Assembly (NCBI GenBank): GCA_000165425.1
Contig: CT868048.1
Coordinates: 1-64,000, forward strand
From: Paramecium tetraurelia
Taxonomy: Eukaryota
Direction of reading: 5' to 3'
DNA length: 64,000 nucleotides
Position 1 is the first letter of the stretch. Every line of letters starts with the position of its first letter. This document shows, piece by piece, positions 51,821-64,000 of the stretch. The position numbers and the translations under genes were made by a program. The notes beneath the pieces are model-generated. The model was not told where the DNA came from. It saw nothing but the letters and a program-made list of their open reading frames with translations, and did not search any database.

Positions 51821-53079
51821 TCAAAATGTAATAATATTGGGCACTTCTTTAGGATTATTAACTGACCTTATTAAGCAGTTAGGGCAATAACTATAATCAC
51901 TATCGTCATAATGATTTGCAGTTTAATAAAAACAAAAAAAATTACAGCTTGGATTTTCACAGGAAACTACACTAAGATGTGATTTTTAAAGTGGCTTATA
52001 ATTATTGTACATTTAAGATAATTCTAAAGTGGATTTTATCTTTAAGTAATTTTCACCAATCATGCCAATATCCTAACAAATAGTGGCGGAAAAATTAGAA
52101 TTGCAAGTTTCGCATTTTACAATTTAATTATTCTTCACAGCTTGAATTAATAAACTTTCTAATTTGTTCTTTTCTATCATATGTCCACATTTATTTTTAT
52201 ACATTTCAGCGGAATCATTAAATGACAATAAAGCTATTTCATGTTTTTTTGGTTAGAAATTAATTAGTTCTTGTTAATTTTCCTCTTGTCCTTAATACTT
52301 TTAATCAGAGACATCGTTAATTTATATTTTGTTATGAGCTCTAAAATTTTGGGTCCCATTCTCAATTTTAAGTTCTTCTATTTAAGTTTTTAAATTCTAC
52401 ATCTCCTTTTCTTAAAGTTGGGCGTTCATTTATAATTGGGCCAATTAATCTTTTAACTCAAAGTTCTATTGATTTAAATTTTAGATGATTTTCATATTCT
52501 TTGAATTCTAATCTTATAAGTCAGTTAATTAGATTTTATTTCCCTATAAAGTCATTGACATTTCTACTTCTTTTTCTTTTAACACATCAGTTAATTCTTT
52601 GATTTTGGATTATAATTATTAAACTAATTGGTCTTGATTTCTAATTAGAATAAATATCATTACTTTTAATAATCGCCATTATTTTTTACAGTTGATTCAT
52701 CTCTATTGTACAAGGTTCCCGATTATGACTGGGATGAAGATCCTTAAATAGATTAGGAAGTAGTCGAATGTTAAATTCCTGAATTTGTTAACTATTTTTA
52801 ATTTTCTTAAAAATCGCTCATAGATGAGGATTGCTATTATGTTTTTGAGACCTCAAAATTGTAATATATTGAAGATGCTCTAATGTGTTAATACAAAAAA
52901 CAATTTAAGTTTCCTTTGAAAAGTTAATTTTCGGTAAAATAGAAATAAACCTTCTCTTGATCACTCTTTTTAGTTAAATATTGATGTAAATCTACAATAA
53001 GTGTATTATTGTTATAAGTATAACTATCTGAAACGTGTGGGTTTGACAAATTTATGAGGTTTATGTGAAGTTGACTCAT
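51821..53079 (-). CDS. Ubiquitin-like + coiled-coil + one-zinc RING-like + IBR-like protein (paralogue of 3766..5680)
   Basis: MSQLHINLINL..YTYNNNTLIVDLHQYLTKKSDQEKVYFYFTENQLFKGNLNCFL..IYY; 23-nt intron; YKNKCGHMIEKNKLESLLIQAVKNNQIVKCETC..VVSCENPSCNFFCFY..YCPNCL; 412 codons. Confidence 0.85.
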
Positions 53080-53613
53080 CTTGTTATACTTAAGTTTTAT
53101 TAATAAATATTAATGAAATTCATAGTATTATCATAAAAATCCATTCCTAAATTTTGGATCTAAAAAATAGAAAAATATAATCTTATCAGGATAGGAAAGT
53201 TTTCAATCTCTAATAAGATTAGGGTTACTTATCATGAATTGAGAAATGTTGTTTATTAATAAATTTTGGTGGAAATATTTGTCCTGCTTAATTAATTCTA
53301 TTACAATATTCATCAGAAAAAATGCCATATTTGAACATTCTAATTAATGATAATCATTCAATAATTGTAGAAGTTAATAGGATTATAAGGAACTTAATAT
53401 ATTTAAAATATAAAATTCTAATAAAAAGAGTTAGACGAGATATTATATTAGAGAGATAGAGATTTCAAGTTCATTTTGATTAAAAGTATTCTTAGTGTAG
53501 TCTCAAGTAATTTATTAATTTTATTAGATATTAAGTTTATTGTTTGAAAATCTATGAAGAAATTTCTAAATTAAAAATCAAATGTTGATAATAATAAATA
53601 TTGAAATAACAAC

Positions 53614-54901
53614 TCATAATTGATCATTCAATAATAAAAATCTTTGTTATTGATTTTGCAAAAGTATTTATTCTAGTTATTCAAGCCTTGTTGATTGATT
53701 ACTCATCATTGCTATTTAGATCAACATAATAATAATCATTATTGCTATTAACAATACGAAGCCAGCTTCCTTTTGAATTGAGATAGAAGGCAATCCACTC
53801 TTTTCTTTTTAGATTGAAAGATCAGAAGTAGATTTTTTCAGAATTTTGCTAAAAATATTTTCATTATCTAGTTTCATAGATCTAAAGAAATATTAACATA
53901 TTTTACTCTTCATACTCATGAGTTGAATAGGTAGTTTATGATTTAGATTACTTAGCCTAGGTTTCTAATCTGAGTTTCACATTATTGATCCACTTTTCAT
54001 AATCTTCTTTATATCCTGCCATCGTTCTACCTATAATTGTATTTTTCATTATTGTAGACTTAGTAAAGACAACTGACACAAACACTCTAAGAATACATTT
54101 GTTATCTTCTAGTTGAGTAACTTCCCACTTTTCCTCAGCCTAAAAGCAATTTCCATAGGGAACATCTAAGGTGTGTGTGGTGCAAGTATAATTTATCTTT
54201 TGCTGATCTCTTTTATAAGTGAACAATTTGTGCATTCTGGTCTTATCTTTGAAGGGCACTCCTGTGAGTTTCATAACATGTTTCATTTCTCGTTAGTACA
54301 TATCTGAAACATCTTCATTGACTGTCCACTTGGTTAAATTCATATCAGTGTCTTTTTCATTTTAACGATGATCATACACCGAATACAAAGAAGCATTATC
54401 GGCTATGAAGAAATCGAAGAATTTATCTAATGAAAAAGGGAATGTGAATTTGCAGATTTCTTAGTCATTTGAGGATTCTGATTTCAAAAATTGAATTTCG
54501 ACATCAGTATTATCAACTGTTGATTATTCACTGTTTGATGTTTCAGTAGGCACTGTGGATTCACTGAAGGTGCTAAGAGGTTAGCCTTATAATAATGCAT
54601 TCATAAAATTGAACACATGATCCTTATTTTAAAAACTAGTAAAACAATACACCTTATTATTATTTAAGGTGATTTCAATATCATTTTTATTCTTACTCTC
54701 TATTCTTTGGATGTCATTCAGTTTGAATACTAAATTGATCTTACTCCCAGCCAAGTTGGCATAAAAACAAATGTGATTCTCCGCTATGAAAATCCTACCA
54801 TACTTGGAGATTAAGCTTTTGAGAGCACAGGAATAGTCATGAAAGATGATTTCACCTTTAGGCAAGGCAAAAAGTTGAATTAACAATTCTTTAGCTGACA
54901 T
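53614..54901 (-). CDS. GRAM + VASt (StARkin) domain protein with a C-terminal TM, LAM/Aster-like sterol transporter
   Basis: GRAM: IFHDYSCAL..YGRIFIAENHICFYANL. VASt: LDKFFDFFIAD..TDMNLTKW..THTLDVPYGNCFQAEEKWEV. TM: FVLLIAIMIIIMLIQIAM. Confidence 0.9.
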
Positions 54902-54940
54902 TTAATAATATTATTTAAATAGATATATTATTTTACATTA

Positions 54941-55569
54941 TCATTTTTTCTATAATTATGTATTGATAACATGTGCCAATTTCACTATTTCACTTAGATA
55001 AGTTGGTGATACATGTGCACCATTGATATCATAGTTTTCTAGTTTATTTCTCATATTAACTAAATCATGGAAGGGTATCATCTCAGTAATATCATTATTT
55101 GAATTATATCGTTTTATTTATTAAATTTCATTGCGATCAGTTTATGCTCTTGGAGATTAATAAAATCCTTGGAATTGAGTAACCACAGATTTTGGACTAC
55201 TTATGGGATGTCCAAAATTATTATTAACGAATTGTTAAGGCGATGTTGTTATAGATTTAATTCTGAAATAAATTTTATTTTTACTTTTATTGCATACCAT
55301 TAAGAGTTACAGGCGATGATAAATTTTTTGGAGAACAAACACGTATATCTGTTCTTAGTTTATTACCGCTATAATTCTATAATCTACTGGATATGGAATC
55401 GAGAGTTGGAGCACTACAATTTCATTAAAAATTACTTCTTCTTGAATGATTTTCTGTGGCTGTTGATTTAATTGTCTTATCCGATATTTGAATTTGATGA
55501 ATTTCTCTAATACTTATCAGTTAGTCTTTCTCTATATAGTTTGAGATTAAAATTTAGTTAGTCACTCAT
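54941..55569 (-). CDS. hypothetical SP-rich protein
   Basis: ORF with one 22-nt intron; C-terminus PFHDLVNMRNKLE..TYLSEIVKLAHVI. Confidence 0.65.
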
Positions 55570-55853
55570 CAAAGTTAATATACAAATAATTTTATTAAAT
55601 AATCATTAAATATCAACAGAAAAGTAAAACAACCACGTTGAATATTCCTATTCTAATTTTAGTTATACTCATTGTGAAAATTATTCAATAATAATGTTAA
55701 AAAAAGTTTCATTTACATTTCAAACAAAGCGAAATATTTACTATAATATAATATTAACCAATTAATATTCAAGAGTTAAGGAAACATAAACAATATTTTA
55801 ATATATGCTTAAAGGTTTTAGTAGAACAATTTATAGATTTTCATAATTAATAA

Positions 55854-58673
55854 TCATCTCCAAAGTATAGCATTTCCTCCCTAATCAGCTGTTATCATAA
55901 ACCCATTTGCCTTGAGGTAAGCAAATGAAACTATTCCGTATTCATGTTTCTCTATTTTAGTAAGGACCTTGGCTTATTGTATTAAAGTCAAGCTTATAGA
56001 TTTGTCGTTGCTCACGCTAGCTATAAACCCTGGTTATAACCTAATGTATTATGAAGCAATACATAGAAATTTTAGTTATCTTATCTTCATGCAAATTCAA
56101 CTATTTCATTATGACAGCTCTGCCATTTTACCATTGGTATATTTTAGCTATGCCTTTTTCATTACCTGTGATGAATTTCTATTGGATGGATTACTTCTTT
56201 TTCGAAATTAATTAATCTATAGGTGAGACAGCATAGACCAGACAATCATCATTGATGTATTAAAAAGGGTTGATATTTGAAAATGGTAATGAAATGGATA
56301 CAGTCTTGTCGTTATTAGCAGCAACTAGAATACATCCATTTAATAAAGTGAAATCTAAGACTTATTGTCCTTATTTTAAGATTTGCTCTTCAACAATTTT
56401 TAAACTGGTGTCTAATTTCCATAATTTAATAATGCCATCATCTGAACAGGATAGTATCTATTCATCAATATCTAAAAATATGCTGTTCATGCTTCCAGTC
56501 TAGGATACTTGGCTACTTAACTAAGCAGTAGTTGTACTATTAGTAAAGAAGTTTTATGAGAATTGCGGATTGACATGCAAATATTTTATTTTTCTGATAG
56601 AGTTGTTATGTGCTTATGATACAATAAAAGTAGGTTTTAGACTTTTTAAATCCCAACTGCATAACGAGTTACCTGTTTATGGAGAATATCCACTAGAAAG
56701 CAATACTGATTATCCATTGAATTAAAAGGCTCTCAAAGAAAAAACAAATATCCCATGTTTTAGAATTTGAGTTTGTTTTTTTAAATTTACATTATAGATT
56801 ATAATAGTTCCATCAATTATTGCTATGGCTGCTAAGTTTTCATTAACAAAACACACATCAATAATATTCTTATCAGATGGTTTAAAAAAGTGGAAGGGTT
56901 CCCATTCACTTAAACTTTTGCCATCCTATTTGATTTTATATATGCTTTCCTCTAAACAAAATGGTTCACTATTCAACAAATGATACTATTTTTAAATGGC
57001 TTCAATCTCGCCATGTTACTTGTACAGATCCATTAGATTCTAGATCTTTTCCAAAAACAATTAACTAACACTAACAAGCTTATGTTGTAATTTATCTGCC
57101 TTTTTTGGTAACACTTGTTCAGTCTTGACAATGGCACTCAACATATTGTCTATTAATTATTTATTATTGATGAACTTAATCCCCAAAATAACTGCAGGAT
57201 TGTTCGATGCTATTTTTCTAAAATAGTAATTTAAATAATATACTATACAGTCATCATATGAATAAATTGATCAAAGTATTCCTTTGTAAACTACCCCCTC
57301 AATTCTTTAGGAGTAGACTCCTCTATTAAATGAAACTTAACGAACATCTCTTTAACACTGAGAGCTTGTTCTGTTAACAAATTCTTAACATTTTCTCCAG
57401 CCGTACTAAATAGCTTTTCAATTCCTTTATGAATACTCAAGTCATCCCAAGGAATGGCCAATTGTTCAATGATTTCCTTATTCAACACTCTACTCAATCT
57501 GGCACTAAATTCACTCATCTTCATTCTGTCCACACACTTTGTATCTATCAAACAATCCGCACACATTTTTCTATCTTTGTGTTGACAATCCAATTTCACA
57601 CAAATAGCTAACACCTATCTATTTTTATATCTATTTTACTTCTTAATTATGAGCCAAACATTTAAAGTTCACCTTCTGTTATTATTACTAACTTTATTAA
57701 TTACTTGTCTGTTAAGGTTCCTTGGGGGAAGTGATATTTGACTTATCCTCGTTCTATTTAAATCTACCAGATATATTAGTTTAGTCTTTATTCTATACTA
57801 TCCTCTTACTCATTAATTATGGTTTCTGATCCTCATCCAATAGGTACTCCATTGGAGTGGTTAATAAATGAAACAAAAACTATATCTAGATTGAATTTAT
57901 TACTTCTATTGCTGTCATATATTTATTTACTACTTAATTAAACTTAAATACAAAGTCATTTGAAAATTCGGTTATTTTATTTTTCTTCCTCTCTATTTGC
58001 TCGCACATCGTCTCTACTACTCCTTTATTCTAAATCAAATAGATTGCGAAATCTAGGGTCTCTGGATGTGCCTCATTAGCCTTATCTAAAATTGTCATAA
58101 TATAATTATCTCTTTACTCTCTAAGATTAGCTCCAACTAATGTATTGTCTACTCTTTCAATTTGAATGGAAGTCTCTGTGAGGCCCAATAATAATTGGTG
58201 ATCAAAATTGGAACATATTGCTATCCAATAGAAGACAACTTTGTTAAGATCATTTCAATCACCGCTGTAATTTGTCTACTCAAATCAGACTTAACCTAAT
58301 TCTTTTCGTCAAACAATTCCATAAATGCTTCTTATGCATCCTTCGACAAACAGCTTCTTAAGTGTCTGAGATAATCGGAAATTCGAAGTTTCTTAATACA
58401 AGGATAATCTATCAAGCATTCAACACATAAAATTTTATTATTGTGTTGGCAATCATCACACATGCAAACAGCTTTGATTGGTTCATCAGAATGAACTTGA
58501 CAATTATAATTATCAACTTATTATGGTTTTGGAGTCCGAACTTATTATTACTGTTATACTCTTTGTGTTTAAGGGGCACTTTCGCTAACCTCAATTTTTT
58601 TAGGAGCTCTATCACTCTGTTTGCCTCTCGTTGTTTTTTTCTTGGGTTCCTAACATAAAACAGCGTTTCCCAT
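55854..58673 (-). CDS. MGNAVLC-acylation-type protein with two tandem B-box-like Zn finger/helical modules and C-terminal WD40 repeats
   Basis: CQVHSDEPIKAVCMCDDC..LCVECLID and CLAHNQEVLAICVKLDC..MCADCLID; the frame is continuous across 57900-58020; WD40 motifs ILSCSDDGIIKLWK and MITADQGGNAILWR*. Confidence 0.85.
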
Positions 58674-59934
58674 TATTTTAATTTAATTTATTTTTTAATA
58701 TCATTATACTTTATATTAACCATTATACCTTACTAACTTGTTCATCTACCCACACTCACTATTCAAATTCTATGAATATTTTCGTATTTTTCATAACCAT
58801 GAAGGATTTTTAAAATTCAATTGAAAAATAATTGAATCAGCTAATTGACTGTTTAAATTTAATAATTTAATATTAATTGGAAACTAGTATCTAATATACC
58901 AAGTATTTATGATATTAGTTTACACATAATAAAAGAACGTCAATCTTTATATGTTTATTGTGTTATGAATTATAAAATTCATAGCAATTTTCTTCCAATA
59001 AGTTCCAATCATTTTCAAAAGTGTCAGTATTATAATTGCATATGGCATTCTATAATTAAGAATTATTTTCCTGCTGACATATTTAACAAACCCTTTGAAA
59101 TCCTAAGTTTTTATGATTTTCTAATTTTCCAAGTCTATCTCCTCCATATTTCTTGTTTAATAGATAAAGTTAATAAAGTTCCATTCCCTTAAGCAAGTTA
59201 ATAATTTTTTCTTATCATGATTAAAATTATTTATTAAAGATTATATTTTTGATAGGCTAGATTTAAATAATATGGATGATAGTAATCAAAATTAAAGATT
59301 CTTTGACTTAAATTCATTCAGATGATACCGTATCATCCAATTTTTTAACTCATTTATAAAATCATAACCTTCAGCATGTTATATATAAACTCCTCACTAT
59401 TATTTTAATCAATCATTACTTTTCTTTCTACCCAAATTAATTGATATTCTTTATTATATATATATTAAACTATTCTACAAATAAATTAGTTAATAATTAA
59501 TGATTAAAAATCAAATTATCGATATCATCCATATTCAAATAATCAATAGAACCTTTCCATTTAACCCTAAATATTCACAAATTTATAGATCTTATTAAGT
59601 ATAACATTAATAAAAGTTTGCTTTAGATCAATTTAAATTTATTTATATTTTATATGAGATCATTTATATATATAGATTTATGTAAAGGAATACTACCTGG
59701 AATTCTGTTTCAATTTTAAAATTATCGCTATCCCTATTCACTAATTGAATAAATGTATGCAAATTCAGATTAAAAATATTTTAGATCTTTTTCATTAGTA
59801 TAAAAATTTTCATTCTTTATAATTAGATATTTCAATGTATATAGTGTAAATATATTCTTAAAAATGAATTGATTGAATTCATTAGATCAAGAAGAGTTAA
59901 ATTTTAATAATGATGCTTTTTGCAATATTTATAA

Positions 59935-60366
59935 TCAATGTTTAAACATTTTCCCAAGAATGTCACTTATTTTCCCTTCAAAATCACAACTAGGTTCGAG
60001 TACCATTTTATGAAAGGAGTCCACCCATGTGCTGCCTCCTTAATAAGCCTTTATATAATTATTAGAAATCAAACCTAAAATGGAGTTCCGAAGCAATGAA
60101 CACATCCCACTATGCATAATACACAATTCACTAGTTCGAATCCGCAAAACGCCATAAATAGGACGAACAGAACTTTCCAAAGTGTACTTCCAATGCTTTT
60201 GAAGACTACAGAATATGTTATAAAACTGTTACTTTTTGATGTGATATCACAAGTTCTAGCACAATTATGCAAAAATGAATAGTAACTGAACCACTAAGGG
60301 CAACAAAGAATGCACATCACAATTTTGATGGGCTAAATGAATTTAAGAAATTTATACATCTGCCAT
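59935..60366 (-). CDS. small Cys-rich membrane protein
   Basis: MAD/PIKIVMCILCCPQW..LWKVLFVLFMAFCGFELVNCVLCIVGCVHCFG; introns of 25 and 26 nt; TGA at 59935-59937. Confidence 0.7.
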
Positions 60367-60534
60367 GGATATTAGTTTGATAAAGATTTTATTAATTGTT
60401 AATTGTTTGTTTTTTTCGAATTAAATACATTTTATTGTATAAATTTATAGTTGAGAAGCTTTAAATTTCAGTAATATAATTTTTAACAACACATGATTAA
60501 AAAAAACAAAAATAGGATGAATAGATGAAATTCA

Positions 60535-63500
60535 TCAATCACATTAAGAAGCCATGTCTTTAGATACAAGTATTTCATCATTTTTTACTTCTGTAAATTG
60601 TTTGGAAACAGAAACAATTCCTTTTTATTTCATACCCAATTATTTTAATATTTTGTCAGTTGCATAAATCAAAGGAGTGAAATTGTGTTTGTTCACAATA
60701 TTTAGACTCCCACCATTGTTTAACAACAAGTATATCACCTAAGGGAAATAAATTATATTACATCTATTTTATTTGATTTGATCGCCATGTGCATCGGAGT
60801 CCCATCACTGCATAATACATTAGGATTAGCTCCATGTTTCAACATAAAATCAATTAAAATATTGTTTCCATGCATAGAAGCATAATACAGAGCTGTATTT
60901 CCATCTTGATCCATAACATCTATGTCATCCTGTGTATAATAGAACCCTGATTTTAGGATATGATTTGGTTAATTCAATTTAGAATATCTAAGAAGTCTTT
61001 CATGTTTAACAAGAAGAGTCTTGACTTTCGATAAATTTTACGTTGTTACTAATCTACCTTATCTCCCAAATCCAATTGAAGATGGTTCTGCAGTTTCCTC
61101 AGTTTTTAATTTTGTTCTCATTGACTTAGCTAAGGAAATTTCTGATTTTACTCTATTACTTGAAGTTTTAATTCTGATTTGAGGTTTATTAATTAATTAA
61201 ATTGTCATTTCTTTTACGTTTGTTTGGAACTCCTTTTCCGAATTTAGCCTTGTTAATTTTTCTGAGTAAATTCGAAGTTTGTTTTGAAAAAATAATTCCT
61301 TATAATTTTTTAATTTTTTGTAAGCAATTCTTTTTCTGATGGCTCTTTGAATCATAATGATTGAATTTAATTCTTTTTCACTCAGTTTAGGAGGTTCATT
61401 AGGATTTAGAGGATCGAAAATTGGATCTTGTCTTAAAGCTTTATTTGGGCCTGATGAGTAAAACTTTTAAAAGTTTTCTTTTTTATTCCTATCGATTGAT
61501 AATACTCCTAATCTGTATTCATTTTCTTTTTGCCTTTATATCTTAATCCCTTTCAGCTAATCTTTGACCTTCATTACTCTCCCAATCATCAGCAGTCATA
61601 CCATGAGTAGGAACAAATCCTACTTTAGAAGATGGATGGTATCTTCTACGTTTATCTTCTTCATGATTGTATGGTAATGAAAGTGCTTTTAATCTTTATT
61701 TATGAAGTCTCAACTTTTCCTATTCCGCTAGTGTTTCCTTTACAAACATATTACTTTTTTCCAATTGAATAAATCTGAGATACTCTACCTTCTGTATTAT
61801 CTTTCTGACAAAAATCAGAGCGAAGAAGTTCCTGTAAACTTAATCTTTTATGGATATATTGTCTTCTAGCTTTTTGCAAATTCTTTGAAGTTTCTTGACT
61901 TTTCTATCATGCTCCTTTACTTATTTGTTATGTTTAATTGATTCTTAGAGTTGTTTGTCATGTTGTTTGATTTAAGCTTTTCTTTTCGTTATTTATTCCT
62001 TTAACCAAAATGATCTAGCTTATTGAATTTAGCAATTGAGTGACTAATGATTCTAAATAATCTATTAAGCTAAATAATTTTCTAAGTCATAGATTTATTT
62101 TTCTTTGATGTGCATCACTGCTTTCTTGACTTACTTTTAATCAACACATTTATTTAGTAATTCTGATGTATTTGCAAGAAATTTCATTTCCTATGGTGTT
62201 AACCAGTCTCCATTCATATATTTTTACATTTTGACTTCTCGTTATAAATAGACAGGATCATCGATTTTGACTTAATCAAATATCTGCATAAAGGCTACTT
62301 GATTGAAATTACTAGAATTAATTGCTGAATTGTAAGTGTATTGAGCTTTTAATCTTTCCTTTTAAAATTTAGCTTCCAATATTGGATTCCACTGTAATAA
62401 ATCTTGATTGCTTTGTGAATAGAAATTGTTATTTTTAACAATTTACGAAGTTTAAATGGTTTCAATACCTTTTAAATTAACCTTTTTATTTTTGCTAATA
62501 GCATCTGCAATTTTAATTTGATTTTCGTATTCATTTATTTTTTCCATAAGCATCTCTCTTAACTTTTTTTAGAGAACCTAATATTTACTTTTTAAGGTCA
62601 GCCATTTAAATAAATCATTTTGTTGTTTACGATTCTTCATTATTGTGAGTGTAAATTACTTATCTATCATTTGGAGTTATTTATCCTTCTTTGCAATTTT
62701 GAGAACCCAGTCACTCATCAATGAATCGCATTTGCTTTAGAAACTATTTAGCAAGTATGCTTGTCTTTCTTCTGCAGTTTTCATATTACACAAAGTAACA
62801 GCTGAGACATTAAATGATTGCAAAATCTTTTACGCAGTTCCAAAATGATCATACGTAGGTATTTGAGTCTAAAATTTGTGTTTTAAGGTATCAATAATTA
62901 AACTAGACATAAGTGAATTTTGTAAAAACTAAATTACATTATTAAGAATACATCTCCATATCTGTTGACTAAAAAGTTTACATCATTTGTTAAGGTTTAT
63001 GTTGATGCTTATTATTTCACTACTTATTTATGGAAGTATCGATCAACAAAAAATTTGTAAAATTCTTCATTTTTTTGATTTATCTCCTTCTCTGGTTTTG
63101 GCTCTAATTCTATAATTTCATCAGCTCGAGATTGGTTTTCTCCATCATACGAAGATTACTCAACCATTTGACTCTCCTTGATTGTTTTCTTTTTGAATTG
63201 ATTAAATGCCAATCTTCTCTATTTACCCTTCTCAACTGTTACTAATTTTATTGTTTCATTTTAAGCCTCATTTAAAAATTCATTGAATCTCTATTCTATT
63301 TATTCTTCAGTTTCCAAATCAAATTATTATAAAGGTCTTTTTGTTACAGGAAATCTTGATTATTGTTATACTCTTTATTTTTTCATAATTTAATAATAAA
63401 CATCAATTGTGTCTCTTAACAATGTCTTTGAGTTTCGAATCCGATTTTTTGAAATAAGTACATTGAATTCTTTAAGATAATGTTCTTAATTTTAGATTAT

Positions 63501-64000
63501 CTGGAGATTTATATCTACTAGTTAAAGCAGCTAATTTATTCACAGGCTTCTTATCAATCGCTTCTGAAGAATTTAGAAGACTTGATGCTCCTAATTAGCT
63601 TATTCTAGAGACTCTTGGATAATAAAACTTTTTTGTATCAATTTACGGAGGCTATTGCTAGTTTTAAATAATTGGTTCAGTCTTCAATCTTTATCCAATC
63701 ACAGGAGTTTGTATATCTTTTGGTTCAAAAATCTTCAAACCCTGAAGCTTCGAAGTAAAATCAGAGAGAGTTTGGGGAGATGATTAAAATGCTTATTATT
63801 ATTGTTTGATCGGGTGAGAATTTACTAACTTTGATAACACGCTTTTCACATGTACCATTTAAAGGATGTGAGTGATGGGTTTAAATTTTGTCCTTGTCTT
63901 ACTTACATTCATAGGAGTATGGCTGAGGATATAAATTATAGATACATAGATGGATTGCCACTAGAACGAAGAAGTGTTTCCAAATTGGTTGGAGTTTTAT
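60535..64000 (-). CDS. 5'-partial large coiled-coil protein with C-terminal ankyrin repeats
   Basis: DVMDQDGNTALYYASMHGNNILIDFMLKHGANPN, DGTPMHMAI, VIYLLLNNGGSLNIVNKHNFTPLIYA. The upstream frame is largely open with tiny introns, but not all junctions were resolved, so it could be more than one gene. Confidence 0.75.

Noticed and set aside
57900..57960. Two separate genes with a new start at ATG 57918
   Set aside because: The reading frame is continuous through this region (..FNQVVNKYMTAIEV..) with no TGA, so a single gene is simpler.
1..64000. Transposons, retained IESs, tRNA genes, telomeric repeats
   Set aside because: I recognised no transposase or RT motifs, terminal inverted repeats, cloverleaf or telomere arrays. 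Short TA-bounded IESs cannot be excluded by eye, but none was needed to explain the intact genes.

Overview
AT-rich, gene-dense ciliate macronuclear DNA, most likely Paramecium. TAA/TAG read as Gln, TGA is the only stop, and GT..AG introns are about 21-34 nt. The supplied standard-code ORF track is therefore fragmentary or in the wrong frame, so all gene models below were hand-translated with genetic code 6; exon boundaries are inferred without RNA data. The window holds about 30 protein genes, including a type III-beta PI4-kinase, two CRAL-TRIO/Sec14 proteins, an IQ+MORN protein, a P-type-ATPase-like/guanylyl cyclase fusion, an AAA ATPase, CFAP97-like, NIP7, PEX11, a CAMK-group kinase, GRAM-VASt, WD40 and ankyrin proteins. 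It also holds a TTLL pseudogene, a dispersed 5S rRNA gene and an RNase MRP RNA gene that the ORF track hides. The most notable observation is a three-member family with a ubiquitin-like N-terminus, a coiled coil, a one-zinc RING-like finger and a half-IBR-like finger. One member ends in a 15-unit Q(F/Y)(G/R)QQx prion-like tail built largely from reassigned stop codons. Two 150-N gaps look like unresolved read overlaps.
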